Shown here one piece after another: positions 27,322 to 40,175 of a stretch of DNA of 64,000 nucleotides. The notes beneath the pieces were generated by a model that made no database searches, was not told the DNA's origin, and saw nothing but the letters and a program-made list of their open reading frames with translations. Each line of letters starts with the position of its first letter. The stretch's first letter is position 1. Source of the stretch: Rhizophagus irregularis. Its lineage: Eukaryota. A program made the position numbers and the translations under genes. Location of the stretch: positions 5,456,001-5,520,000 of the forward strand of contig NC_089431.1 of NCBI RefSeq assembly GCF_026210795.1. Direction: 5' to 3'.

Positions 27322-28698
27322 CATTCTACTACAGATTTTTATTTGTAAATTATGATATTTTTACCATCAATTTAATAAAATATAATCCTTCAGACTGCGC
27401 CATAAAAATGTATTTTTTTCAGAACATCATTTATTGTATGAATATGAATAAAATGATTATCTTTAATTTCTCTAACCCAACAATAAATACTTTTCTTTTT
27501 GATCAATAAGAGCTTAATATTGTGTGCTACTTATATGACAATCTTACAATCCATATGACTTACTTGAATGCTTGGATGTGGAGGTTCATTCTCACGAAGA
27601 TTGATATTAGAGAAAATGAGATATGAGATTTTTGGAAATCTCCGAGAGAAAATCAAGGGCAGCAAAATTGTCGTATATGTCATATAAGCAGAAGATGACA
27701 AGTTTCGGTCATTCCTGTTTTAGTTTTACAATAATTTTTATTTATTAAGATATTTTTAGAACAAAGAGTATGAGCCGTTGGTGCTGCTAGTGTGCTTGAA
27801 CGATCTCTTCTAATACTCCATCAATGATAATTGATAAATTTTAGCTAATCAGCGTAACCCTATGGAAAAAAAATGTTTTGGACCTCCAGATTTTATTCAT
27901 TGGAATTGATACTCATTTGATCTTTCATGACCAATTCATATTATTGTAATTAAATTGAAAAGAAATAACATACAGAAAAATTTCAAGATTATCCTTTACA
28001 TTAAATGATATTCATTAGTTTGTTTAGTATTTAAAAATTGGAATGAGATTATATTTAAACAAATTAAAATAATTTCGAAAATATTCAATCATGACAATTT
28101 ATATTATGGCGTGCAAATTAAAAGAAAATAGAAGGAGAAAATTTTCTTACCGTAAAAAGAATAAGTTTTCAGACGATTTTACTTTCCCAAATATATTTTA
28201 TTTATTTATTTATTTCTAAATAGTACGATTTTTTGGTAAAAAAAAACAAGTTTATCTTTTTTTATTGTTTCTGTATTGTTAAAGCTATTCTTTTTTAATT
28301 TAACAAGATTAATAAATAAATAACTGAAATATATATAATCAATTGATTAGAACTAATATAACAAATATATCAATATAACATAATTTTCTAAGCTTTATTA
28401 ATAATTATATTTTAATTAAAATGAGTTCAAAAAAAACTCATCGCTATTAATTTTCCCTAGTACACAATTTGAAACACCACCTTGGAATGGTGTGATGCCT
28501 AGCCATCACCGTTCAGTTCACGTGACTGCCGCGTTCGTGTTGTTTATATTTATCTCGGCGACTTAGAATTGGTGGTGTGGTAAGATGATCACGTTTAACG
28601 TTGCACAGGATAACAATATAAGGTTGACCATTTACAAATTTGGCTGAATTTTTTTCTCAATTCTTTTGTTTACGTTAAAACTTAAAAAAATATAAAAA

Positions 28699-29599
28699 AT
28701 GGAGGAGGATAAACTTTTACCAATTTTATCACAAAATCTATTCGAAATTTTGAATGATGAAAAATATTATGATGTTACCATTGAAGTTGGTAATGGCCCT
28801 TATGTAAAAGTTTTTCGTGCTCATATGGTTATTTTACATTATCGTTCTCCTTATTTGCGAAGAATTTTGTCAACTAATAAAAAAAAAAAATGATGGAACT
28901 TTGACACATATCAAATTATCAAATATTTCACCTGAAATTTTTCAAATAATTTTAAGGTAATAAATAATCAAGTATAAACAAAACTCAATTTAATATTTAT
29001 TTCTAATTTCACAATTTTTTTTTTAATTTAGGTATATTTATGGCGGAAAGCTTTTTTTAAATGAGTATGATAATTCATATTTAATTAAGGTCTTAGTTGC
29101 TGCTAATGAACTTAGTCTTCAAGAATTTGTCACATATTTACAATTCTTTTTGATCAAAAATAAAACAAGTTGGATGGATAAAAATTTAATTTTGTTTATC
29201 AAACAAGCTTTGAAAATAACTCATTATCAGTACTTCAAAAATATTGTATTGATTTAATATCTAAGGAGCCGGATAAATTATTCAAATCGCCCGATGATTT
29301 CTCTTCAATTCCGGAAAACTTTTGATTTCAATTATTCAAAATGATAATCCTTAAACGAGCGAAGTTCAAATTTGGGAACATGTACTTAAATGGGGATTTG
29401 CGAAGAAATCCTGAACTTCCTTCTGAATTCACTAACTTTTCAAAAGATGATTTTAATACTTTAAAGAATACCTTATAACAATGTATTCCTTTTACTAATT
29501 TTTACAATTTAACTTCTAAAGAATTTGTTGACAAAGTATTTCCTTATAGAGAAATTCTTCCCGGAGAATTATGTGCAGATTTATTAAAAACTTTCTTAG
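28699..29599 (+). pseudogene. BTB/POZ-BACK protein pseudogene, 3'-truncated
   Basis: YYDVTIEVG..FRAHMVIL.YRSPYLRRIL. Intron ~28957-29031. Frameshift in the poly-A run at ~28880, internal stops near 29323 and 29352, EVQIWEHVLKWG. Similarity ends abruptly at ~29600. Confidence 0.85.
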
Positions 29600-30199
29600 T
29601 TGTAATTTTTCTATTATTACATTTTGTCAGCTTTTTCACTTATTAATTATAGTCTAAGTGGAATCTTCTCTTGGGCAGTATGATATTATACAATGGATGC
29701 AAATAGACTAAACTCCAACTTAAATTCGTATAAATATCTTAGAACTTTTAAAAACTTTTGTATTGTAGTATATCATCATTGACACCAATATGAATGAAAG
29801 TTGAGAGGTTTGACTAATATAAAACATGTTAATAAATAATTAGACAATTTAATTTCAGTCTATATTGCTTATTGAAACTTTCAGAAATACTTATTACCAT
29901 ATTCAAATTCACATTTTTTGCTTGATCATCAATTTTTCATCGTTCAATAGATTCAGAGCTTTTGCTATTGGCAGCTATTTTTCATTTTGTTATAATTCAT
30001 TTTATCAATAAATTATACTCCCCATCTACATACCTCTAAAATCCAAATATTTATTCATTTATCCAGTAATAAAATATTACAATAATGAAAAATAAACAAA
30101 TAAAAATCAAACCATATCCTAGAATATTAGAATTTTTAATTTATCCAATAAGATTATTCAAATTATCTCAATAAACTAGCCAATAATTACTAATATATG

Positions 30200-30617
30200 T
30201 GGTGTACTATTAAAAAATTGTGCAATAAAGTCCATATCCAAGGATTTATCTTTATCAAATCTAGAAATAAAAACAAAGAAGAAGTTTTAGTAAAATGTAC
30301 TATTAAAAAAAATGCACTAATAGAACTAATAGAGTCAAACCATATCCAAGAATTTTATCTTATCTCAATTATTAACTCTAGAGAAAAAAACGAAAATCAT
30401 GTTAGTAAAATATACTAATAAAAAATCATGCAAAACTTTATCCAAACCATCTATCTTCAATTATTAACTCTAAAAATAGAAAAAAAAATGTTAATAAAAT
30501 GTTATAATAAAAAAAAATGTGCAAATAGAGTCAAACCACATCCAAGGATTTATCTTATCTTAATTATCAACCCTAGAAATAAAAAAAAAAACGAAAAACA
30601 TGTTAGTAAATGTACTA
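30200..30617 (+). repeat. ~105-115-bp tandem units (about 4), with inverted copies at ~32250-32411; probably transposon subterminal repeats
   Basis: Unit tgtgcaaatagagtcaaaccatatccaaggatttatcttatc...catgttagtaaa. Reverse-complement copies (tttgactctat(t)tgcaca) at ~32272 and ~32379. Confidence 0.7.
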
Positions 30618-32412
30618 CATCGATCGGGAAAGTTTTACAGGTGATATATAGCGATATATCTCACTTTATCGATATATATCCCATTATTAATAAAATGTGA
30701 TATATATCGATAATAATCGCACTCGTCGATTATTAACGATATGATTAAATTATTAAACAACTATCATCACTAACGATTATTATCTTACAGTAAAAACAAC
30801 GTTAGTGTATTAAATAGCATTATATTATTTATTATTAGATAACGTTAAATTATTTTATTGTTAAATGTGGTTCAGTTTTATTATATTAATAAAAACATCT
30901 ATGCTAAATCTATACTAAATTTTATACTAGTAAAACTATACAAATCTATTATGGTATCTAATAAATTCCATGCACCAAAAGATTTAGTTACCAAAAAAGA
31001 AAGGCCAATTTCACGTGTTCAGACCCGTCTAATAAAAAAAGAAATTTTGAAACGTTAATAAACGTTTCACTATTGTAAAAATAAAAAAAATAAGGAAACC
31101 CACCCACTGAATCCCAAAGTGTTCCAAAGACCAGGAGTCTAATAAAAAAGAGAAAAGTCAAAGCGTCAGTATAGAATAAATGAATTAAGACAGAAAAAAA
31201 AAGCTTTTACCGAAAACTGATATCTTGCTTCCAAGGAACTGACCTAATAAAACTAATAAGAAAAAGAATAGTTAGAAACCATTCGTTAAAATAAAAAAAA
31301 TTAAATAAAAAAAAATAATAAATCTACAGAATTGCCGCTAGAAACTGGAAAAAAAGAAAAATAACGAAACCTTAATAATCGTTTAATTAAAAAAATATTT
31401 TTTTAAAATAAACTACCTTGAAATCGATCACATAAAAAAAAGAAAATAATGAAACATTAATGATCGTTTCGTTATTTTTTTTAAAAAATATTAATACCCT
31501 CTCCTCAAAATCCAAAGAACCGATCACCTACAAAATAAAAAAAAAGAACTATTAATAAAGTTCGTTAAAATAATAAAAAAATTAAAATAAAAAAAATAAG
31601 TCTTTATACCAAAATGGCGAGTTTAAGTCAAAAGATTTACCAGAATGTCATGTCTAAAGAGACCGAAGAACGCCTAGAAAAAAGGAAAGGGAGGAAGAGA
31701 GAAAGAGCAAAGAGAAAGGAAGACAAGAAAGAGAGGGATATGGGAAAAAAGGAAAGAAAGGGAAGGGAAAAAAACGAAAAAGGGGAAGGGGAAAAATGAA
31801 AGAAAGGGAAAGGGAAAAAAACGAAAAAGAAAAGGAAAAGGGAAAATTTACGAAAAAAAATTTAAGCTTATTAAACTAAAAAAAGCTTAAATTTTAACGG
31901 TAAAATGATCAAACTGCCAACGAAAAAAACGGAAAAAATGAAATGAAACGAAAGGTGAAAATGAAAAAACAGAAAAGGAAAGCGTAAAAAGGGGTGAAGT
32001 GGGCGGGTGAAAGGGAAAGTGTGAAAGAAAGACAGATGAGAGGCGGGAGGAAGGAAAAAGAAGGGTAGTATTACTGACAAATGAAAATGTATGGAAGAGT
32101 AATAGAATAAGATTTTTTTTTTTATCATATTATCAGTCCATTAACTTCTATCTTTCTTTCTACCTTTTCTACTTTACATGGAAAAATAATAGATTTTAAA
32201 ATAGATGCTGAATAAATGTAGAAATGATATAAATGATATCAGATATAAGAAATTAAATCCTCGGATATGGGTTTGACTCTATTGCACATTTTTTTATTAG
32301 TATATTTCACTAAACATGTTTTTCGTTTTTTTCATTACTAGAGTTTATAATTAAGATAAGATAAAATCCTTGATATTGTTTGACTCTATTTGCACATTTT
32401 TTTATTACTATA

Positions 32413-33070
32413 TGATTTTAGAGTATTCTTAGAAAATATTTTTTATTAATAAATTGTTAATAAACCACAAAGAGGTGATGATGATATTTACATTACATAA
32501 AGGAATATAGTAACCCTGTAAAAAAAGTCAATCCGTTTTTTATATTCCATCTTTTTTCCGTAAAAGGCTCATATTTCCGGAATTAATAACCTTATATCGC
32601 GGAATTTATCGAATTATTTACATTTTCCGTGAATGGATCCGTGAAAGGCTCATTTTTACGGAGTTTTTACAGAAATAACGGATAAAAATTTTTATAGGGA
32701 GTATGAAAGAAAAAGAGTTTCTTTCATTTAGTTTTTGAAAAATTACTCTTTTTGAAATATTAAAAAAAATATTACTGACTGAGTACTGGCTGTAAGAAAG
32801 CCAAAAACTTATGTTAACAATATGTAAGATGAAGTAAAGAAATTTGAATCGCATAATATTAGGTATAGTGGTTTAGTTATTGACTTTATAAAGAATATTT
32901 GATTAGTTATAAAGATGAACAATCAATATATAATATAATTATTACAACTGATTAATTAAAATTGCTTTACAAATTTAATCTTATAAACAAAATTATTTAT
33001 TTATTTATTTATTAGAGATTTAGTGAGAGAATCTTTTGTTCATGATAAATTTATAAATATTAAATCATAA
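32413..33070 (+). pseudogene. 3' remnant of a tandem paralogue of the adjacent F-box-like gene
   Basis: Colinear with 36269-36710 (ttttagagtattctt, tgatgatatttacattacataaaggaatata, gatgaagt..gaaatttgaa, ttacaactgattaattaaa). Interrupted by a MITE. Confidence 0.75.
32514..32699 (+). mobile_element. MITE with CCCT...AGGG termini, copy 1
   Basis: Near-identical inverted copy at 39999-40175. Absent from the paralogous site at ~36370. Confidence 0.85.
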
Positions 33071-34751
33071 AGTTCGACACATCCACACAGATGTGTTCGT
33101 TCTAGAGGAATATCCAGCAGATAAACTAGCACTCATTACTTGCTCAGATGACGCGTCAACAGCTCTCAAGTTTGAGACCTCGGGTACTGCCACGTGAAAA
33201 ACACTAATCATTGAGCGGACAGTAAAAGTAATCTTTGGATACCCAAACCTACGGTCCCAAAAAAATTGGTTTTTTCAAGTGTAACAAAGGACTATATAAT
33301 TTTACGGAAGGTAAAACAAATATCTGGATGTCACACAGCTTTAATTAAATATATTACACACTATTAATCAGCATGAATTGTATTAATTGTGCGACAATCA
33401 GAATCATATATATTTCAATATAATACTAACTTCTCTCATCCATATACTATTCAATACTTCCAATTTGATACTTACTTTCAATTACAACATGTTGTGTTCA
33501 AATGCATTTTTAGGAGGTTTACCTGAATTAACTTAAAAAGTCATAAATTATCTCAAGAATGATTTTTCAACTTTATACTCATGCATTTTAGTTGATAGAT
33601 CATGATGTCGTCTAGCGATTCCATTATTATGGGAAAATCCATTTTCGATTCCTACCCAGAATCATGGTTTTATCAAAATTTACTTGGATAATTTAAATGA
33701 TGATTTTAAAACAAAATTAAATGAATAAAAATTATTAATATTTCATTATCTTCAAAGAATATCATACTGTTTAATTATTCAAAGTTTTTAAGATATTTGA
33801 ATATAGATAAGTTTATTTTCTCTGTTGAGCAGTGGTTGGCTGATACTATTACTACTGTATTAGTACAAAATCCTTAGTATATGATTCTGAACAGGATTTT
33901 AGGAGCTTAGTTCTTATATCACTATTTAAAATTTTTATTGAAAATGAAGTAGATTTATATACTCTTGAAATTAAGATCTCAAATCATGCATGCCTTGATG
34001 ATATTCTTGAGTTAATTATAAAAAATCAAAATTTCATTCACTTCGTATCGAAATTCGAAAATCATAATGATAATACGATAATTTATGATCGTATATCACA
34101 AATAATTCATTTACGTCAAAATCATAAGAAAATTAAAATTATAATACTAGTGAATAATCATACATCTTTATATCAATCATTGTTATTATCAAAAGATTAT
34201 AATTGTTCAAATACCTTAAATACAATCAATCATTTTCTATCACGTCAATTTTAAATTAATAAACAATCTTGATGAAGTATTAGAACAATTAAATGTTTTA
34301 GAATCCGTTCATATTTTTTATTGTTTTTCCTTGAATAGCTTTATTCAACAAATTATTAATTTTACTAAACTATTTAAATTAAAATCTTTATTTATTTCAA
34401 ATAAGACATCACAAAGTGAAACAGTACAGCAATTATTACAAAAATCTGGTGATTATTTAGAAAATTTAGGTTTCTCCTATAATGAATCATTAATTCAACA
34501 ATTATTATTAAAATATTGTAAGAATATCAAATTTCTTCATTTTGTTATGTCTGAAAGTTGGCTTACTTATCAATTAATTAATTTAATTGATTATATTAAA
34601 CAAAGACTTAGTTGTCTTTCAATCAATAGATTGGAAGATAATCATTTAACAAATTGTAGTTCAATGATATTACAAAATTTAGGACAAATTCTTCCTTCTA
34701 AATTAGATTACATAAATTTGTTTTTTAATATTAAAAAAAGTGATTTTAGAG

Positions 34752-36268
34752 ATAATGGTGTAGTTAGCCGAAAAATTCAGCCGAGGGCGCAGTAAATTTT
34801 CGGCCAACAACACCCAGCCGAAAAAAATTCATGTTGATCTTGAATATTTTATTGGTTCAACATCTAACTATTTTCGGCTGAATATTTTCGGCTAAATACA
34901 CTTTTTTTAAATAATAGTGTAGTTAGCCGAAATATCCAAATAGCAGACATTGTTCATGTAACCTCCTAATTCACTTTATTATGTTTGATAGCACCCTCTT
35001 CAAATACATAATACATTTGTAAAGTTTAAAATCAATCTAAACTTGTTTAATTGGCTAAATTAATGATTTTCGAATCCATAATTCTGGCCGAAATTTTCTT
35101 AATTCTGGCCTAAAATTGGTTAAATTGAAAATTTCAGGTAAAATTATTTATATAAAATAATCTCCAAACTAAATATGGAATATATAACTTCTTGTCAGTC
35201 TCTAAGTGTTTATTGAAATATTTTTTCAAATGCTTTTTGTTTTTTGAGTTGGATCTTATCTAAAAATTAGTATATTAAAAATAAAAAAATAATGCAAAAA
35301 ACTTGAAATTTGTCAAAGTTAGTGAATAATATAAGACTTTAAATTAAAACAAAAAATATTTTTGCCATTGTATAATAAAAAAAAAAAATAATAATGTACA
35401 TATATTTCAAATACAATTCAAATCCCTTAAAAAATTTTCCTTTTTTATTTTATTTGTATAATTGTGTTGTTATAGTTTTAATGGTTAAATAAACTAATCA
35501 TTAATTTAAAGAACAATTAAATATTAAAAAAATTTCTTTTTTACAATTAAATTACTAAAAATCTAATATTGAAGTATGATCGGACAGAAATAAATGAGTT
35601 AAAAATAACAAATATTTTGTAGTTTTATTTAATCAAAAATAATGCACTGTCCAAAAATAAGTATAGTAATGTTATGTACTTCTTGTTTCTATAATAAATG
35701 AAATTTTGTTATTATTTCATATTGACTGCTATTTGGATATGGGCGTGCGTCAGTTAAAAAAGGGGAAATCTACCTCAAAACCAAATTTGAGGTTTTTGGC
35801 TTATATTGTGTAAACCATCAATGTGCACTATTTTCACATAATATTGTATGCCGATAAGCATAATAAATTATCAAATAACTGAAATATGCTATAGGGACGA
35901 TCATTTCATTATTTGACGATCATTGACTTATTTAGCAATAGAATGACGTAAATGATGAAGGTAAAGTCACATGATATGGATAAAAGTTTAGCCACCAAAT
36001 TTCCCCCTTTGCAAATAAGTTAATTTCATTTTTCTCAAAATGATGAAAACGTAGATTTCCCCCTTTTTAACTGACGCACGCCCATATTTCGGCTAACTAC
36101 ACTACTATATAAAAAAAAGTGTATATAGCCGAAAATATTCAGCCGAAAATAGTTAGATGTTGAACCAATAAAATATTCAGGATCAACATGAATTTTTTTC
36201 GGCTGGGTGTTGTTAGCCGAAAATTTACTGCGCCTTCGGCTGAATTTTTCGGCTAACTACACCATTAT
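34752..36268. mobile_element. Non-autonomous Mutator-like element, ~190-bp TIRs, 9-bp TSD
   Basis: TIRs ataatggtgtagttagccgaaaaattcagccga... and ...tcggctaactacaccattat. TSD attttagag at 34743-34751 and 36269-36277. Confidence 0.92.
35741..36083. mobile_element. MITE nested in the right TIR of the MULE
   Basis: TIRs gggcgtgcgtcagttaaaaaaggggaaatctac and gtagatttccccctttttaactgacgcacgccc, flanked by atat on both sides. The host TIR continues at 35726-35740. Confidence 0.9.
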
Positions 36269-37623
36269 ATTTTAGAGTATTCTTAAAAAATTCTCAAGAT
36301 ATTGTCATTAATAAATTATTAATAATGCAATGTGGTAGTGATGATATTTTACATTACATAAAGGAATATATTATGAAGGAAAAAGAGTCAAATATTTGGC
36401 TATTAAGGGTATTAAAAGTGGCAAAGAATTGTTTAATTTGAAAGATGAAGTGAAGGAATTTGAAATACATAATATTAAAATTCGAAGTTATAATGATTTA
36501 GTTATTAGTGCTTATAGTAGCTTAATAAATAATATTAATAATTGGTTAGTTAAATAATATTTGATTAGTCTATAAAGATGAATAATCATATCTAAAATCA
36601 TTACAACTGATTAATTAAAGTTCTTTGTAAATTTACTTTTCTAAAACAAATTAATTATAGAGACTTAATGAGAATTTTTTTTTTGTTCATGACAAATTAT
36701 AATATTAAAAAAATATAACTGGAGTATGAAGTAATGCAAATTATTTTACATTATTTTGATTATACATTATCAATAGAAGTATTATATGGGTATAACTCAA
36801 TTTACCAATTGAATTAAACCCGGGGTATTTTGTATGGATTATGAAAAAATTGGCCGTAATTAGCCTAATTCTATTATACCCGGTATATTATAATGGTACA
36901 CTGGGTCGTAGTCTTTATGATATTTATACATCAATCATTTGTAATAAGGTTTCTAAAAATAGAACTACTAATACACAAGTTAAACTTATACAAACTAATT
37001 GTAATATTTTTAGTTGGTATTTTGAATAAATTAATCCAATCAATATTATTCCTGATTATAATCAGTATCCTGAGGTGAAAATTTTAGATATTTAAGATTT
37101 GGACAATTTCGATAAAATAACCCGAATCACTCTTTTGTTCTTATGACAAGTTTTACAGTTTAGTTATACTTTTTAATAATCTTGCGTGACTGACACAATG
37201 ACCTAGTTATTGGTTATGATGGATAAAATATCGTGTCACCCCTTCAAGGTGACCGATATTTTACCCCCAACTAATAACTATTATTTATTTATTACTATAC
37301 CAATATTGTTTAGTCATCATCAACATGAACAAAAAATTTACCGCCATTTTCAAAGTGGACAAAACCGTTAAATTCAAATAAAAAAAAAAGAAATGACGTG
37401 ATAAAAAGTATAGATATGAAAACAAACTATGAATCCTTTTAGTAATTTATAAGAACTGAAATAACGCTGAGTTTAATCTGAGACTAGTTATATAAGTTTA
37501 TAATCTGATATTAATATACAAAATACTATAGTACATGTTTAGATATAAACTTAATCATTTATAATATCAAATTTAGACTTAATAAACATGAATCTTACTT
37601 AAGTTCACAAAAAATGGTTATTG

Positions 37624-39103
37624 TTAAATTCTCTTTTTTTTAACTACTTGAAATACTTCATAATCTTCTACTTCAAAATTTGCTGGGATTCCGATTTTAG
37701 GATAACGATTTCCACTATCATCATTATTATAAAACCAAACATTATTTTCACAGAACAAATTACCCATAACTGGTCCATACCTAGGGTCACAAAAAACAGC
37801 CACACTATGTATACTGACATAACTTCTTTTTGCAGTAGAAATATCTCTTCCATTTGTAAAATTAAATAAAAAACTATCTGCTGTAGTTTTCCAATTACGA
37901 TTGCCCTTCCAATCAAGTGGATTATACCCACCAATTAATTGTGTAGAATTTTTAATTTTTGCGATCCAAATAGTAGCTCCTTTATTATCACAATTTTCAT
38001 GAAAAGATTTAGTATCATAACCATCCTGACTTGAGCGGTATAATAATTTAAAGTCATAAGGAATATTTTTTCTATTATAATGTGAAGAATCCATTTTATC
38101 AATCCATGAAGCAAAAATAGACATATGGTTTGATTCAATCAAGGTTGCACCTTTTAAATTTGGCTTTCTTGAAGGTGTCAAATTATCTTTAGGTTTCATA
38201 TTAGGAACTATATGAAATTCTAAAAGATTATAAATTAAATCTTGTGGTAAGACATCTTTATAACAATAAACTTTATAAAAGAAATCTGTAGGTCCAATAT
38301 CATAAAATCGAATTAAAGGAATAAATCTGTACAATTCCCTCTCAATTTTTGTAATATCTTCTTTATTCCATTTTGATGGTTCATTCTTTATATTTTGTTG
38401 AGAAAGACACCATTTTAACAAATTCTCCCAAATTTCAATTTCTTCTATATTTAAATCATCTCTTTTTAACAATAATTCTAATAAAGGAGCTTTTAAATCA
38501 ATAAATTTATCAGAATTGAATATAACTTTAGGTTCTTCACAAATTTTTTCGAGACAGAAATCCCATAAATCTGTAAATGTTTCATGTTGATAAACAGTTT
38601 CAAGAATTTCAGTTGGATTTTGGTATAAAAATTCAGTTTGATGTTCAATCAAAAATTCTTGAATATAAGAAACCAAAGGATGAATATTAAGTTCATCAAC
38701 TGCAATTAACAATTTCAATACATCAGGACCTTGTAAATTCTTTAATTCAATATTTCCACAATAAATAAACCTAATGCACAGTACAAATAATATAATATTA
38801 ATTAGACTTTCTTTTTATAACATAAATTTATTATAAACATTATAAATACCTAAGGATAATATTAAATAATTGTGGAGAAATGTTAGGTTTTTTGAAAATA
38901 AATTTTCCATCTTTTTTCTCAGCCCATTCATTAGAAAAAGCAGAGCGAAAATATTGAGACCTAATGCACAAAATATTTGAATGAGCATGAATTTCCTTAA
39001 CATATTGCTCTTCACCAGCATAAATAATAACGTCATATCCAATTTCTGACTCAAAAAGTTTTTCGTAATCGTTAGATAATTCTGCCCAAAATTTTGAAGA
39101 CAT
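37624..39103 (-). CDS. BTB/POZ-BACK-TLDc protein, 466 aa, 2 exons
   Basis: Exons 39103-38850 and 38770-37624 join in frame (ILR/FIYCG). BTB HSNILCIRSQYF, BACK EIEIWENLLKW, TLDc LLYRSSQDG..FHENCDNKG..IGGYNP..YEVFQV. Confidence 0.92.
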
Positions 39104-39611
39104 TGTTTTTAATTTTTAAATGTAATTAATAAGATAAGCAGGAAACGCAGTAAAAATTTAAGTTTTGGGTACAAACGCTTTTTATATTATTTTATGATGA
39201 TCAATTTCTATAACCGGAAACATTGCAATTCCATTCATACAACATTAACGACTGCGGTTTACGATCATTTAATAAAATTTATAAATATTTTTATAGGTTT
39301 ATATGCGGTTTGTTTGGTTGTCTTTGCAGAAATAATTATCACCTACATTATTTATATTATTATTATAGCAGTTGATTCAGTTTTATTTAAATTATAAAAA
39401 TTATATTATTATATTTAAATTCAAATGTTTAAAATTTTCACGTAATTTCATAATGAAGCATCTCAATTTTAGATTTAATTCTTTCAACATAGAGAAGATT
39501 ATAATTGCAAAAATTTTAATTAATTAACACAAGCATAAATACTCATGTATTTTTTTTTATTTTTTTTAATTACTCATAATCTTCTATTTCAAAGTTCTCC
39601 GGGATCCCTAT

Positions 39612-39843
39612 AGGACCCAGAAATATATATATAGGGGTCAGGTGATGAAAAAATTTTTTACTATGAGCTGTACGCATTTTTTCAGGCCCGGAATTATGAT
39701 AATGTCAGTCAGTTACTATAATAGGAAATAAAATTCTGACTGGCATTATCAAAAATTATCTAAAAAAGGAAAGATTTTCATGATTTTTTAGTACAAAATA
39801 TGCAAACTCAAACCTGACCCTTTTATATATATTTCTGGGTCCT
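39612..39843. mobile_element. MITE with 8-bp TSD (hAT-like)
   Basis: TIRs aggacccagaaatatatatataggggtcagg and cctgacccttttatatatatttctgggtcct. atccctat is duplicated at 39604-39611 and 39844-39851. Confidence 0.8.
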
Positions 39844-39998
39844 ATCCCTATTTTAGGATACCGATTTCTATTATCATAATTATTATAAGACCAAGCATTA
39901 TTAAGTATAAATTACTAATGACTATTGCCACCAAAAAAAAGCCACATCTTGCATACTAATATAACTTATTTTTACAATAGAGACTTTACTTATTTCAA

Positions 39999-40175
39999 CC
40001 CTATAAAAAATTTTATTCGTTATTTCTGTAATAACTCCGTAAAAATGAGCCTTTCACGGATCCATTCACGGAAAATGTAAATAAGTCGATAAATTCCGTG
40101 ATATAAGGTTATTAATTCCGGAAATATGAGCCTTTTACGAAAAAAAAATGGAATATAAAAAACGGATCGACAGGG
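39999..40175 (-). mobile_element. MITE with CCCT...AGGG termini, copy 2
   Basis: Reverse complement of 32514-32699, flanked by caa on both sides (3-bp TSD). Confidence 0.85.

Larger units (their letters stand above)
33489..36556 (+). pseudogene. F-box-like/LRR pseudogene interrupted by a MULE-like element
   Basis: MLCSNAFLGGLPELT*...TLYSCILVDRS*CRLAIPLLWENPFS, with multiple stops. Coding similarity resumes after 36268. Confidence 0.85.
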
